A stretch of 56,415 nt of DNA from Francisella tularensis subsp. holarctica. Its GTDB lineage: Bacteria; Pseudomonadota; Gammaproteobacteria; Francisellales; CACEW01. Positions within the stretch are counted from its first letter, which is position 1. Each line of letters begins with the position of its first letter. A program made the translations under genes and the position numbers. Below are positions 42,697 to 52,716 of the stretch, one piece after another. Where the stretch lies: contig CAMCUU010000005.1 in the NCBI GenBank assembly GCA_945879065.1, positions 1 through 56,415 of the forward strand. Direction: 5' to 3'. The notes beneath the pieces are model-generated. The model did not search any database, was not told the origin of the DNA, and saw only the letters and a program-made list of their open reading frames with translations.

Positions 42697-43842
42697 GTGA
42701 ATAAAGTTAATTTTACCCACCAAACCTGCACCCGCTGCGTCATGGACACGACGGATACCAAAATTACTTTTGATCAACAGGGCGTCTGTGATCACTGCCA
42801 TCTTTTTGACCAGAATATTTTGCCCCACTGGCATACTGACGAACGTGGTCGTGCTGAATTAAGTGCTCACATTGAAAAAATAAAACAAGAAGGTAAAGGC
42901 AAAGACTTTGATTGCATTATGGGCATGAGTGGCGGTGCGGATAGTTCTTATATGCTGCATTTAGTAGTTAAAGAATTTGGATTAAGACCCCTTGTTTTTC
43001 ATGTTGATGGGGGTTGGAACTCTCAAATTGCTGTGAATAATATCAAAGTCATGATTGATAAGCTGGGTCTGGATTTATACACCGAAGTGATTAACTGGGA
43101 AGAGATGAAAGATTTCCAACTCACTTATTTTAAATCTGGGCTATCTAGTATTGATGTCCCGCAAGATCATGCCTTTATTTCAACTCTTTATAACTTTGCT
43201 AATAAGCATGGCATCCAGACTATTCTAAACGGTGGAAATTATTCGACAGAGTGTGTGCGAAACCCCTTAGAGTGGCTATATCACGGAACCGATATGGCCC
43301 AAATTAAAGATTTACGCCGACAATTTGGCACTATCAAGCTTAAAACTTATCCGTTTTCGAGTGCGCTCAGACATAAATTTTATCTGCGCTATATCAAGCG
43401 CGTTAAAGTCTTTAAGCCCTTAAATTTTATGCCCTATATTAAAGCGGATGCTATGAAATTTTTAGAGCAAGAATATGGCTGGCAGCCTTATCCTCAGAAG
43501 CATTTTGAGTCCCGTTTTACTAAATTTTTTGAGGGCTATTGGTTGCCTAAGAAATTCGGCTATGACACGCGTAAAGTTCAATATTCTAGTTTGATTTTAA
43601 CAGGTCAAATGACTCGTGAAGAAGCTTTAGAAAAACTATCTAAGCCCGCCATCAGTGAAGATGAGGCACGCCAAGATTTTGAATACATTGCGACTAAATT
43701 GGGCATTAGCGTGAGTGAACTACAAGGCTATATGGATGCCCCTAATAAAACTTATAAAGACTATAAAAATCAGGAAAAGCTTTTTGTACTCGGCGCAAAA
43801 GTCATGAAATTTTTAGGCTTAGAGCGAAATATTAAAAGATGA
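42697..43842 (+). CDS. N-acetyl sugar amidotransferase (WbuX/WbpG/PseA family, PP-loop ATPase)
   Basis: N-terminal Cys cluster [10 protein letters not shown]...CDHC. PP-loop [17 protein letters not shown] start. Confidence 0.85.
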   Translation: MNKVNFTHQTCTRCVMDTTDTKITFDQQGVCDHCHLFDQNILPHWHTDERGRAELSAHIEKIKQEGKGKDFDCIMGMSGGADSSYMLHLVVKEFGLRPLVFHVDGGWNSQIAVNNIKVMIDKLGLDLYTEVINWEEMKDFQLTYFKSGLSSIDVPQDHAFISTLYNFANKHGIQTILNGGNYSTECVRNPLEWLYHGTDMAQIKDLRRQFGTIKLKTYPFSSALRHKFYLRYIKRVKVFKPLNFMPYIKADAMKFLEQEYGWQPYPQKHFESRFTKFFEGYWLPKKFGYDTRKVQYSSLILTGQMTREEALEKLSKPAISEDEARQDFEYIATKLGISVSELQGYMDAPNKTYKDYKNQEKLFVLGAKVMKFLGLERNIKR

Positions 43843-44468
43843 TTGGAATCATTAATTACGGGTTGGGAAACATCAGTGCTTTTTTAAATATTTATAAAAG
43901 ATTAAACATTCCCTGCCAAACTATTCAGACCCCGCAAGATTTAGAAAACATAGAGCTAAGCAAAATCATTTTACCAGGTGTTGGGGCGTTTGATCATGCG
44001 ATGGTGTCTCTTCAGCAATCAGGCATGCGAGAAGCTTTAGATTATTTAGTACTTGAGAAAAAAATCCCGGTACTGGGCATTTGTGTGGGAATGCAAATAC
44101 TGGCCGAATCTAGTCAAGAAGGGGTCTTGCCAGGCTTGGGTTGGATCAAAGGCCAGGTCAAAAAAATAGATAAAATAAAATTAAAATCTTATGAGCCACT
44201 GCCTCATATGGGCTGGAATCAATTTAATAAAATTAATCAAAGTTCTGAAATTAAAATTTTAAAAAATTTAGACCAAGACCCTTATTTTTATTTTTTGCAT
44301 TCTTATTATTTCGAGCCAGTTGACTTACAGCATATTTTAGCCACAGCGCACTATGGCCATGATTTTTGCTGCATGGTGAATGCTGACAATATTTATGGGA
44401 TCCAGTGTCATCCTGAGAAGAGCCATCAAAATGGCATTAATCTTTTAAAAAATTTCTGGGAATTATAA
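43839..44468 (+). CDS. Glutamine amidotransferase subunit (HisH paralogue, WbuY-like)
   Basis: GICVGMQ (catalytic Cys) and QCHPEKS (His/Glu). 4-nt overlap with the upstream gene. Confidence 0.85.
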   Translation: MIGIINYGLGNISAFLNIYKRLNIPCQTIQTPQDLENIELSKIILPGVGAFDHAMVSLQQSGMREALDYLVLEKKIPVLGICVGMQILAESSQEGVLPGLGWIKGQVKKIDKIKLKSYEPLPHMGWNQFNKINQSSEIKILKNLDQDPYFYFLHSYYFEPVDLQHILATAHYGHDFCCMVNADNIYGIQCHPEKSHQNGINLLKNFWEL

Positions 44469-44472
44469 AAAA

Positions 44473-45246
44473 ATGCTGCGTCCAAGAATTATTCCCTGTT
44501 TGTTAATTAGAAATAAGGGCCTTGTTAAAACAGTTAAATTTAAAGACGAAAAGTATGTTGGGGATCCCATCAATGCTGTAAAGATCTTTAATGAGAAAGA
44601 AGTCGATGAATTAATTGTTCTGGATATTGATGCGACAGCTAAAAACCAAGAACCTGATTATCAGATGATTAAAAACTTATCTGCCGAGTGTCGTATGCCC
44701 CTGTGTTATGGCGGTGGAATTAAAACGATTGAGCAGGCAAAAAAAATCTTGTCCTTAGGGGTTGAGAAAGTCGCTTTTAGTTCAGCCGCCCTGGAAAATC
44801 CAAATTTATTAAAAGAATTATCTGAGCAAGTCGGCTCTCAAAGTGTGGTGGTGGTTTTAGATGTCAAGAAAGCGTTTTTAAGTCGGCGTTATGAAATATT
44901 TACTCATAATGGAAAGAAGAAATCTGATTTAAATTTATTGGAGAGCTTGAAAAAATTTCAAGAACTGGGCATTGGTGAAATTGTGATTAATTCAATTGAC
45001 CATGATGGAGTTATGACGGGGTATGACTGGAATTTAATTGAGCAAGTTTATCCAGAGGTCCGTATTCCGTTGACTATTTTAGGTGGGGTAGGGTCTTTGG
45101 AAGATATTAAAAAATTGATTCAAAATTATAAAATTATTGGCGCAGCTGCGGGATCTTTTTTTGTATTTAAGGGTAAATACAGGGCGGTGCTGATTAGTTA
45201 TTTTAATCAAGTTGAAAAACAGTCTTTAATGAACAAGACTGACTAA
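44473..45246 (+). CDS. Cyclase subunit (HisF paralogue, WbuZ-like)
   Basis: RIIPCLLIRNKGLVKTVKF, GGGIKT, DHDGVMTGYD. Confidence 0.85.
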   Translation: MLRPRIIPCLLIRNKGLVKTVKFKDEKYVGDPINAVKIFNEKEVDELIVLDIDATAKNQEPDYQMIKNLSAECRMPLCYGGGIKTIEQAKKILSLGVEKVAFSSAALENPNLLKELSEQVGSQSVVVVLDVKKAFLSRRYEIFTHNGKKKSDLNLLESLKKFQELGIGEIVINSIDHDGVMTGYDWNLIEQVYPEVRIPLTILGGVGSLEDIKKLIQNYKIIGAAAGSFFVFKGKYRAVLISYFNQVEKQSLMNKTD

Positions 45247-45249
45247 GCC

Positions 45250-47220
45250 ATGTGCGGCATCACCGGTTTCTGCGGAAAATTTTCTAAAAAACTACTCATC
45301 CAAATGATGGAACGAATTAAATCTCGGGGCCCAGATAGCGGTGGAGATTTGTTTTTTCCACTTCCTCAAAATCAAGAGGTATTAGGCTTTGGCCATACCA
45401 GATTAGCTATTCTAGATTTATCTCCAGCGGGTCATCAGCCCATGAGTGTTCAATGCCCTTGCTGTGGAATTTCTGAAGAAATGGTTCGAGATCCCAGTAA
45501 AAATATCTGGATAATTTTTAACGGCGAAATTTATAATTTTCTAGATTTAAAAAAAGAACTAGTTCAAGAGGGCCATGTTTTTTCTAGCCAAACAGATACT
45601 GAAGTTTTAATTCATCTTTATATAAAACATGGGATAGATTTTTTAAATAAACTTAACGGCATGTTTGCCTTGAGTATCTATGATGGTCGATCTGGAGATG
45701 TATACCTAGCACGAGATCCGATGGGGATTAAGCCTTTATATTATGCTGAAACGCCAGAGGGAATTTTATTCGCATCAGAGCTGAAAGCTATTTTGGAATA
45801 TGAGCATATTTATAAAAAATTAGACCTCACAGCGATTCATAATTATTTGACTTATCTCTGGTCTCCAGGGGAGCGAACGCCTTGTGAGCAAATTAAAAAA
45901 TTACTGCCGGGCCAATATGCTTTAATTCAAAATAATAAAATAATTCGAAAGCAATTTTTCTATGATATTCCCCTAGATAGCTCTCATAATTTTAAAGATA
46001 AATTTATGGGGACTTATGAAGAAGCGAAAATATTAACCCGAGAAAGTCTCAGCACGGCGGTTAAAAGACAGCTGATTTCAGACGTCCCAGTCGGTGCTTT
46101 TTTATCAGGCGGTGTGGACTCCAGTGCCATAGTGGCCCTGATGCGAGAACACCTACCCCATCAAGACATTCATGCCTATGTGATTGACTTTGAGGTTGAT
46201 AAAAATCTTGAGGGCAAAAATCGGGATTTAGTGTTTGCTCGCGAAGTCGCCAGTCAATATAAAATTAATTTGCATGAATTAACCATACAGCCTGATTTAC
46301 TAGATTCTCTGGAACATATGATTGAAAGACTAGACGAACCCCAGGCGGATCCAGCAGCTTTGAATGTTGAATTAATTGCCAGAAGAGCCCGCGCTGATGG
46401 CATTACGGTTTTGCTTTCAGGGGCTGGAGGCGATGATATTTTTTCAGGATATAGGCGGCATCAGGCTTTATTATTAGAGCGCTATTGGCAATGGATTCCT
46501 TGTTTAATCAAGTCTCAAGTTGGGGAATTGAGTCGTCAATTTCAATCGGGCTTAGGATATGGAATGAATCGCAAGTGGGTGAGAGATGGCGTTAAAATTT
46601 TATCGGTGATTGATCAGGTTTCCAATAATCGATTAAAAAAAGCCTTCGAGTGGTCCAATAAAAACATGCGTGAGTCCATTTTTCAGCCAGCTGTAATTCA
46701 AGCTTGCGAAGACACTTTGCAACATAGTTTAGATCGCTTGCCGCATGGGCCTTCTCAGTTAGAAAAAATGCTGTATCTCGAGTGCAAGCATTTTCTAGTG
46801 GATCACAATTTAAATTATACAGACAAGATGAGCATGTCCTGTGGGGTGGAAGTTCGAGTGCCGTTTTTAGATTTAGATTTAGTCAAAACAGCTTTTAGTT
46901 TTCCAGATAATTTTAAAATGCATAAGGGTATTCCTAAAGGCTTATTAAAAGACGCGATGAGTCCCTATTTGTCTCAAAAATTATTGCATCGGGAAAAAAC
47001 AGGCTTTGCTGCGCCCCTAAGACAATGGCTGCGAGGGGATTTAAAAAATTTGATTAGAGAAATTTTTGAGTCACCCCAAACCCAATCCAGAGGAATTTTT
47101 AATACTGGGAATATTTTGAAATTATTAGATCAAGAATTAAAAGGCCGAGTAGACGCGAGTTATGTTTTATTTTCGGCGTTGTGCGTAGAGCTCTGGTGTC
47201 GAAAATTTATAGATTCTTAG
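45250..47220 (+). CDS. Asparagine synthase (glutamine-hydrolysing)-like amidotransferase
   Basis: Ntn catalytic MCGI N terminus, FNGEIYN, and PP-loop FLSGGVDSSAIVAL. Confidence 0.85.
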   Translation: MCGITGFCGKFSKKLLIQMMERIKSRGPDSGGDLFFPLPQNQEVLGFGHTRLAILDLSPAGHQPMSVQCPCCGISEEMVRDPSKNIWIIFNGEIYNFLDLKKELVQEGHVFSSQTDTEVLIHLYIKHGIDFLNKLNGMFALSIYDGRSGDVYLARDPMGIKPLYYAETPEGILFASELKAILEYEHIYKKLDLTAIHNYLTYLWSPGERTPCEQIKKLLPGQYALIQNNKIIRKQFFYDIPLDSSHNFKDKFMGTYEEAKILTRESLSTAVKRQLISDVPVGAFLSGGVDSSAIVALMREHLPHQDIHAYVIDFEVDKNLEGKNRDLVFAREVASQYKINLHELTIQPDLLDSLEHMIERLDEPQADPAALNVELIARRARADGITVLLSGAGGDDIFSGYRRHQALLLERYWQWIPCLIKSQVGELSRQFQSGLGYGMNRKWVRDGVKILSVIDQVSNNRLKKAFEWSNKNMRESIFQPAVIQACEDTLQHSLDRLPHGPSQLEKMLYLECKHFLVDHNLNYTDKMSMSCGVEVRVPFLDLDLVKTAFSFPDNFKMHKGIPKGLLKDAMSPYLSQKLLHREKTGFAAPLRQWLRGDLKNLIREIFESPQTQSRGIFNTGNILKLLDQELKGRVDASYVLFSALCVELWCRKFIDS

Positions 47221-47344
47221 TTTTTATAATTTATGGGTTTTATTTGATTTTCTCATAAAAAACGTCAATAATGCCGTTATTAATCAAATAATTTATGTCG
47301 TAAATTACATTTATTAGTATTAAACAGTGTTTTTTAGGATTTTT

Positions 47345-48658
47345 ATGAACCGATTTTTGATGCAAGCCTTATCAACCTGGAAAGATCGTCCGGGCAGAAA
47401 GCCCTTATTAGTTAAAGGGGCGCGCCAGGTTGGAAAAACTTATCTTTTAAAAGCTTTTGGAGAGACAGCTTTTCCAGCGTGTCATTACATTAATTTTGAG
47501 CGAGATAATTTATCCAAAATATTTGAAGCGGATTTTAATCCCAGCAGAATTTTAACGGAGCTGAGTTTTTATTTAGGAAGGCCGATTAATACGCAGACAG
47601 ATTTTTTGATTCTGGATGAAATTCAAGCCTGTCCTAAAGCGCTGAACAGTTTGAAATATTTTCATGAAGAAAAGCCTGAATTGGCGATTGCAGCGGCAGG
47701 GTCTCTTTTAGGGGTTGCCTTATCTGATGAATCTTTTCCTGTTGGAAAAGTAGATCATTTATTTTTATCGCCCATGACTTTTTTTGAATTTTTATTGGGC
47801 ATTGGGGAGCAGGCTCTTTATGACTATGTCCAGTCTTTAAAAAAGAATCCCAAGATGAGTAGCCTGATAGCGCATGAAAAACTTTGGGAGAAATTAAAAC
47901 ATTATTTTATTGTTGGTGGGCTTCCTGCGGTTGTTTCTATTTATGCGCAGCATCAAAAAGAAGATTTATTTATGGCTTTTGAAAAAGTCCGTGAGTGCCA
48001 AGCGGCGCTCATTCGAGATTATTCTGCGGATATGGCCAAACATGCAGGGAAAGTAAATGCGATGCATTTAGATCGCGTGTGGCACTCTGTCGCATCCCAG
48101 CTTTCTAAGACACAAGAGGGCGCAACCCAGCGTTTTAGATTTAAAGACATTGTTCATGGTGTTGATAGATACGCTCGATTAGCCAATGTGATTGATTGGT
48201 TATTAAACGCGGGATTAATTTTAAAAAGTGATATTGTCAAAACCATAGAGAGACCCTTGTCTGCTTATACCCAAGAAGGGCAATTTAAATTATTTATATT
48301 TGATATTGGGTTGTTAGGCGCCATGAGTGGTTTGGCGCCCAAAGATTTATTAGATCAATCTTATGGGACCTATAAAGGCTATTTTGCAGAGAATTTTATA
48401 GCTCAAAATTTGGTTATTTATGGGCCTTTATTTACCTGGCAAGAAGGCACGGCAGAAATTGAATTTGTGCAGGAAAAAAATGGTGCGGTCATTCCCATTG
48501 AAGTAAAATCTGCCTGGAGTACCCATGCTAAAAGCTTGTCGATTTTTATAAAAAAATATGTGCCGCCTTATCAAATAATTTATAGCGCTAAAAATATTGA
48601 GTTAAATCAAAAATCGCATACGCAGTATTTACCTTTGTATTTAGCAGAATCGGAATAA
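47345..48658 (+). CDS. AAA_14 ATPase with a DUF4143-type C-terminal (nuclease-fold-like) domain
   Basis: Walker A GARQVGKTYL and Walker B FLILDEIQ. C terminus EIEFV...IPIEVKS. I prefer ATG 47345 to the tracked GTG at 47327. Confidence 0.7.
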   Translation: MNRFLMQALSTWKDRPGRKPLLVKGARQVGKTYLLKAFGETAFPACHYINFERDNLSKIFEADFNPSRILTELSFYLGRPINTQTDFLILDEIQACPKALNSLKYFHEEKPELAIAAAGSLLGVALSDESFPVGKVDHLFLSPMTFFEFLLGIGEQALYDYVQSLKKNPKMSSLIAHEKLWEKLKHYFIVGGLPAVVSIYAQHQKEDLFMAFEKVRECQAALIRDYSADMAKHAGKVNAMHLDRVWHSVASQLSKTQEGATQRFRFKDIVHGVDRYARLANVIDWLLNAGLILKSDIVKTIERPLSAYTQEGQFKLFIFDIGLLGAMSGLAPKDLLDQSYGTYKGYFAENFIAQNLVIYGPLFTWQEGTAEIEFVQEKNGAVIPIEVKSAWSTHAKSLSIFIKKYVPPYQIIYSAKNIELNQKSHTQYLPLYLAESE

Positions 48659-48664
48659 ATCAAC

Positions 48665-49690
48665 ATGTCTACCCATCCAACACCAGCAAAAAAAACAGCC
48701 TTGATTACAGGGGCCACCGGATTTATTGGCCAGCATCTAGTGCGCTATTTATTAGATCAAAATTTTATGGTCAGAGCGCTGGTTAGAAATACTGAGAGTG
48801 ACTTTATAAAACAATATCCCCAGGTGGAATGGAAAAGGGGTGATTTAACTCAACTCCATAGTCTACTTAATCTTTGCGAAGGGGTTGATCATGTATTTCA
48901 CTTGGCAGGCTTTGCCCATGCCAGTGGTGATGGCAGCGCTGAATTTGATTCCATGCATGAACAAATTAATTTTCAGGGGACTATTAATTTATTAAGCGAA
49001 GTGGTGAAAGCAGAAGCAAAAGTAAAAGTACGAAGCTTTGTTTTTTTAAGCTCTGTGAAAGCCGGTTCTGATAGTTCCCATTGTATTGATGAAACCAGCC
49101 CAGAAAGTAGAGAGAGCCCATCGACGGTGTATGGATTAGCTAAGCGCAAAGCTGAACAGAATGTATTAAAAATTTGCGAAGAAAATAATATTTCAGGGGT
49201 AGTCTTGCGACCTGCTTTAGTTTACGGGGTGGGTATGAAAGGCAATTTGCGAATGATGCTTCATAGTATTGAGAAAAAAAGATTCCCCCCTTTGCCGAGT
49301 TATCCTAATAAAAGATCTTTAATTTCTGCACAAGATTTATGTCGTGCGGCGGTATTAGCCAGTAATGCTGAAAATTTATCTCAAAGAATTTTTATCGTGA
49401 CGGATGGAATGATTTATTCGACAGCAGAGATTGAATCTTTAATGCGTCTAGCTTTAGGTCAAAAAAAACCAACTTGGCATTTGCCCTTATGGGCTTTTAG
49501 AGTCTTAGCCCTTGCTGGAGATTTGGGTGAGAAAGTGCTGAGAAAGCCACTGCCTATGAGCACAAAAATTTTTAATAAATTATTTGGAAATGCCTGGTAT
49601 CAGTCGAAATATATTCAGGCAGAGCTTAAGTTTGTGCCTGAATATAGTTTGGGGAAAATTTTGCCAGAAATTATAAAAGAGAAAGTATAA
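48665..49690 (+). CDS. NAD-dependent epimerase/dehydratase (WbpK-like)
   Basis: ITGATGFIGQHLV and YGLAKRKAE (YxxxK). It sits immediately upstream of the GT4 initiating transferase. Confidence 0.75.
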   Translation: MSTHPTPAKKTALITGATGFIGQHLVRYLLDQNFMVRALVRNTESDFIKQYPQVEWKRGDLTQLHSLLNLCEGVDHVFHLAGFAHASGDGSAEFDSMHEQINFQGTINLLSEVVKAEAKVKVRSFVFLSSVKAGSDSSHCIDETSPESRESPSTVYGLAKRKAEQNVLKICEENNISGVVLRPALVYGVGMKGNLRMMLHSIEKKRFPPLPSYPNKRSLISAQDLCRAAVLASNAENLSQRIFIVTDGMIYSTAEIESLMRLALGQKKPTWHLPLWAFRVLALAGDLGEKVLRKPLPMSTKIFNKLFGNAWYQSKYIQAELKFVPEYSLGKILPEIIKEKV

Positions 49691-49692
49691 AC

Positions 49693-50706
49693 ATGATGAT
49701 ATGGGTTGGGTTGGCTTGTTTTATATCCGCGTTTTTTTTGACTTATGGGGTGCGATATTTTGCCCGTCAAAAGCAAATTATGGATACCCCGAATCATCGA
49801 AGTCTGCATAAAATTCCCACGCCTCGTGGTGGAGGTTTAGCGTTTGTGCTTGTTTTTTACGCAGCGCTTTTTATTTTGTGGCTGGTGCATGCTGTTTCTT
49901 TTCTGACTTTCATGGCTTTTCTAGGTGGTATTTTAGTGGCCTTGGTGGGCTATTTAGATGATTTAATTGGTTTGAAAAGCAAGTGGAGATTTCTGGCGCA
50001 TATCCTAGCGTCTGTTTGGGGGATCGCCTGGCTTCATGGGGTCCTGTTTTTAACACTAGGGTCTAGTTATTTCTATGCGCCCGTCCTGCTTACTTTGGGA
50101 GCAGTGTGGCTCAGTACCTGGTTGATTAATTTATATAACTTTATGGACGGCATTGATGGCCTGGCAGGGATGGAAGCTGTGTTTCTTGCAGGGGCTGCCG
50201 GGGTTTTTTTATTTTTTACTGGAGCTCAAGAATCAGCTTTAATTTGTATGATCTTAGCCGCGAGTGTACTGGGATTTTTAATATGGAACTGGTCTCCTGC
50301 TTCTATCTTTATGGGTGATATTGGCAGTGGTTTCCTAGGTTATATTTTTGCCATCTTGATTTGGCTGACTAATAAGCAACATACACTTCCAGTAGCCGCT
50401 TGGCTGATTTTACTGGGCGTGTTTCTAGGAGATGCCACTTGTACTTTGATTTATCGCATGATCCAGAAAAAACGTTGGCAAGAGGCTCATCGTGAGCATG
50501 CTTATCAACGCCTGACTTTGTCGGGTTATTCGCATCAAAAAGTTGTTTTAGGGGTCTTGGGATTTAATATTTTTTTACTTTTGCCTTTAGCCTTTTTTTA
50601 TTTACATATTTATATTTGGGCAATGGCCTTATTGTATTTATTAGGGGTGCTTTTTATGATCTGGGGCGCATGGTTTTTTATAGTTTATAAATTCCAGGCG
50701 AAATAA
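49693..50706 (+). CDS. Initiating polyprenyl-phosphate HexNAc-1-phosphate transferase (GT4, WecA/WbpL family)
   Basis: Polytopic protein with NLYNFMDGIDGLAG and IFMGDIGSGFLG motifs. Confidence 0.85.
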   Translation: MMIWVGLACFISAFFLTYGVRYFARQKQIMDTPNHRSLHKIPTPRGGGLAFVLVFYAALFILWLVHAVSFLTFMAFLGGILVALVGYLDDLIGLKSKWRFLAHILASVWGIAWLHGVLFLTLGSSYFYAPVLLTLGAVWLSTWLINLYNFMDGIDGLAGMEAVFLAGAAGVFLFFTGAQESALICMILAASVLGFLIWNWSPASIFMGDIGSGFLGYIFAILIWLTNKQHTLPVAAWLILLGVFLGDATCTLIYRMIQKKRWQEAHREHAYQRLTLSGYSHQKVVLGVLGFNIFLLLPLAFFYLHIYIWAMALLYLLGVLFMIWGAWFFIVYKFQAK

Positions 50707-50760
50707 AAACAGTAGGAATACCCTGATATTTAAGATGTTTAGGCGTCTTGCTGGTCAATC

Positions 50761-50790
50761 TAATATTTCTCAATATTCCCGAATATTCCC
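50761..50790 (+). repeat. Three tandem 10-bp units (taatatttct / caatattccc / gaatattccc) 20 bp upstream of the next start codon
   Basis: Read directly. The last two units share AATATTCCC. Confidence 0.7.
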
Positions 50791-50811
50791 CAGTAATAAA
50801 AAAGGACGCCC

Positions 50812-52716
50812 ATGAGTTGGTTTAATTATTTAAAAAAATATTCAGCCTCTGTTGTGTTTATTTATGATTTGGGTGCCGTTGTCGTTGCTTGGTTTTCTGC
50901 TTTATCTTTTTTTTATTATGTCTCTGGCAGCGCGCTATTTCCGCCAAGTGTATTGCTTGCATTAGTTATTGTTGCTGCCGTGCATGCCTGTTTTTATTGG
51001 GCCTATAAAACTTATCGGCCTTTATGGCGATTTTCTTCAGCTAAAGAACTCATCCGATTAAGCAAAGCCGTTTTTTTTGCGTGGCTGGTGAATCTGGGTA
51101 TTTTTTTCGTATGTAAAAAAATTCTTCCAGTGCCTGTGAATATTATATTGCTCTATCCCGTTCTTATGTTTTTAACTCAATGCTCTGCGCGTTTGTTTAT
51201 TCGGCATGTTAATAATCAATCTCGATCGGTGATTAACTCTGATGCAAAGCGTGTTTTATTAATTGGAGCTGGAAGAGGGGCGGAGCTTTTTTTGCGAGAT
51301 ATCGCCCGATGGGCGCATAACCCTTATGCCATTATTGCAAGTCTCGATGATGATCTGACTTTAAAAGGCAAAGAGATTCGAGGCGTGCCTATTTTAGGGG
51401 ATACAAAGCAGCTCGCGGACTGCTTGGCTAAGCAAAAAATTGATCTTGTGATTATTGCGATTCCTTCTATTCGCGGCGCTCAAGTCGCGCGAATATTGCA
51501 GCTTTGCGCTGTCTCTAAAACTCCCGTTCGTGTTTTGCCGTCTCTCTCTGAAATTGCGCAAGGAGAGGTGTGTATTGTCCCTCGCGAAGTATCACTCGAA
51601 GATTTATTGGGAAGAGACCCTGTCAAACTAGATCATGCCTGTGTCAGTCATTTATTAAAAAATCAGGTGGTATTAGTGACGGGGGGTGCGGGTTCTATTG
51701 GTTCTGAACTTTGCCGGCAAATTCTTCAGTTTTTTCCAGCGCAATTAATTATTGCGGATCGTTCAGAGTTTAATTTATATGAAATAGAGCGAGAGCTTCA
51801 GGGGCAAGGGCACTGCAATTTACAGACGGTGCTTCTAGATGTTTTAGATTTACCAGGCGTGCGTTTAGTTTTAGCGCGCCATAAACCTACGGTTGTTTTT
51901 CATGCGGCTGCTTATAAGCATGTGCCCATCTTAGAGTCTCAAATTCGTCAGGCCATTCGAAATAATGTTCTGGGGACGCGAATACTGGCGCAAGCTTGTA
52001 GTGCGATGGGTGTCAAAAGCTTTATTTTAATCTCCAGTGATAAAGCCGTGAACCCTTGCAATATCATGGGTGCGACGAAAAGACTCTCAGAAATTTTTTG
52101 TCAAGCTTATAGCCGTCAAGTGGACATGGCTTTGATTACTGTCCGGTTTGGCAATGTGATTGGTTCGGCGGGTAGTGTGATTCCTTTATTTAAAGAACAG
52201 CTGGCACAAGGTGGGCCCATTACGGTGACGCATCCAGAGGTCAAGCGTTACTTTATGACCATCCCTGAAGCGGTCCAGTTAGTTTTACAAGCGGGGGCCT
52301 TGGGGAGTGGTGGTGAAATTTTTGTTTTAGATATGGGTGAGCCGGTTAATATTAGTCAGCTTGCTCGGCAATTAATCCAGTTATCAGGCAAGACTTTAGA
52401 AGATGTCCCCATTGTCTATACAGGCTTAAGACCGGGTGAAAAAATGTTCGAAGAATTATTTTATGACCAGGAACTTTTGTGTCCGACCAGTCAAGGTAAA
52501 ATTTTTAAAGCCAATGTCACGCCGGCTTCCTGGGATTTGATAACCAACGTATTTTTGAAATTTGAAGAAGCGTGCCAAGCTTGTGATGAGCAAAAATTAA
52601 GAGAAGCAATATCTGAGCTGCTGGGCGATGAGTACAAAGAACCCGTATTACAAGACCTAGTAAAACCAGAAGCTAAAGAATTAAAAAAACTCAAAGAATT
52701 AGAGGCCTTTGTGTGA
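50812..52716 (+). CDS. wbpM: Membrane-anchored UDP-GlcNAc 4,6-dehydratase (CapD/WbpM family)
   Basis: N-terminal TM segments, VTGGAGSIGSEL, SSDKAVNPCNIMGATKR. Confidence 0.9.
   Translation: MSWFNYLKKYSASVVFIYDLGAVVVAWFSALSFFYYVSGSALFPPSVLLALVIVAAVHACFYWAYKTYRPLWRFSSAKELIRLSKAVFFAWLVNLGIFFVCKKILPVPVNIILLYPVLMFLTQCSARLFIRHVNNQSRSVINSDAKRVLLIGAGRGAELFLRDIARWAHNPYAIIASLDDDLTLKGKEIRGVPILGDTKQLADCLAKQKIDLVIIAIPSIRGAQVARILQLCAVSKTPVRVLPSLSEIAQGEVCIVPREVSLEDLLGRDPVKLDHACVSHLLKNQVVLVTGGAGSIGSELCRQILQFFPAQLIIADRSEFNLYEIERELQGQGHCNLQTVLLDVLDLPGVRLVLARHKPTVVFHAAAYKHVPILESQIRQAIRNNVLGTRILAQACSAMGVKSFILISSDKAVNPCNIMGATKRLSEIFCQAYSRQVDMALITVRFGNVIGSAGSVIPLFKEQLAQGGPITVTHPEVKRYFMTIPEAVQLVLQAGALGSGGEIFVLDMGEPVNISQLARQLIQLSGKTLEDVPIVYTGLRPGEKMFEELFYDQELLCPTSQGKIFKANVTPASWDLITNVFLKFEEACQACDEQKLREAISELLGDEYKEPVLQDLVKPEAKELKKLKELEAFV

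Noticed and set aside
49615-49809. Minus-strand ORF over the epimerase/GT4 junction
   Set aside because: It is antisense to two supported genes.
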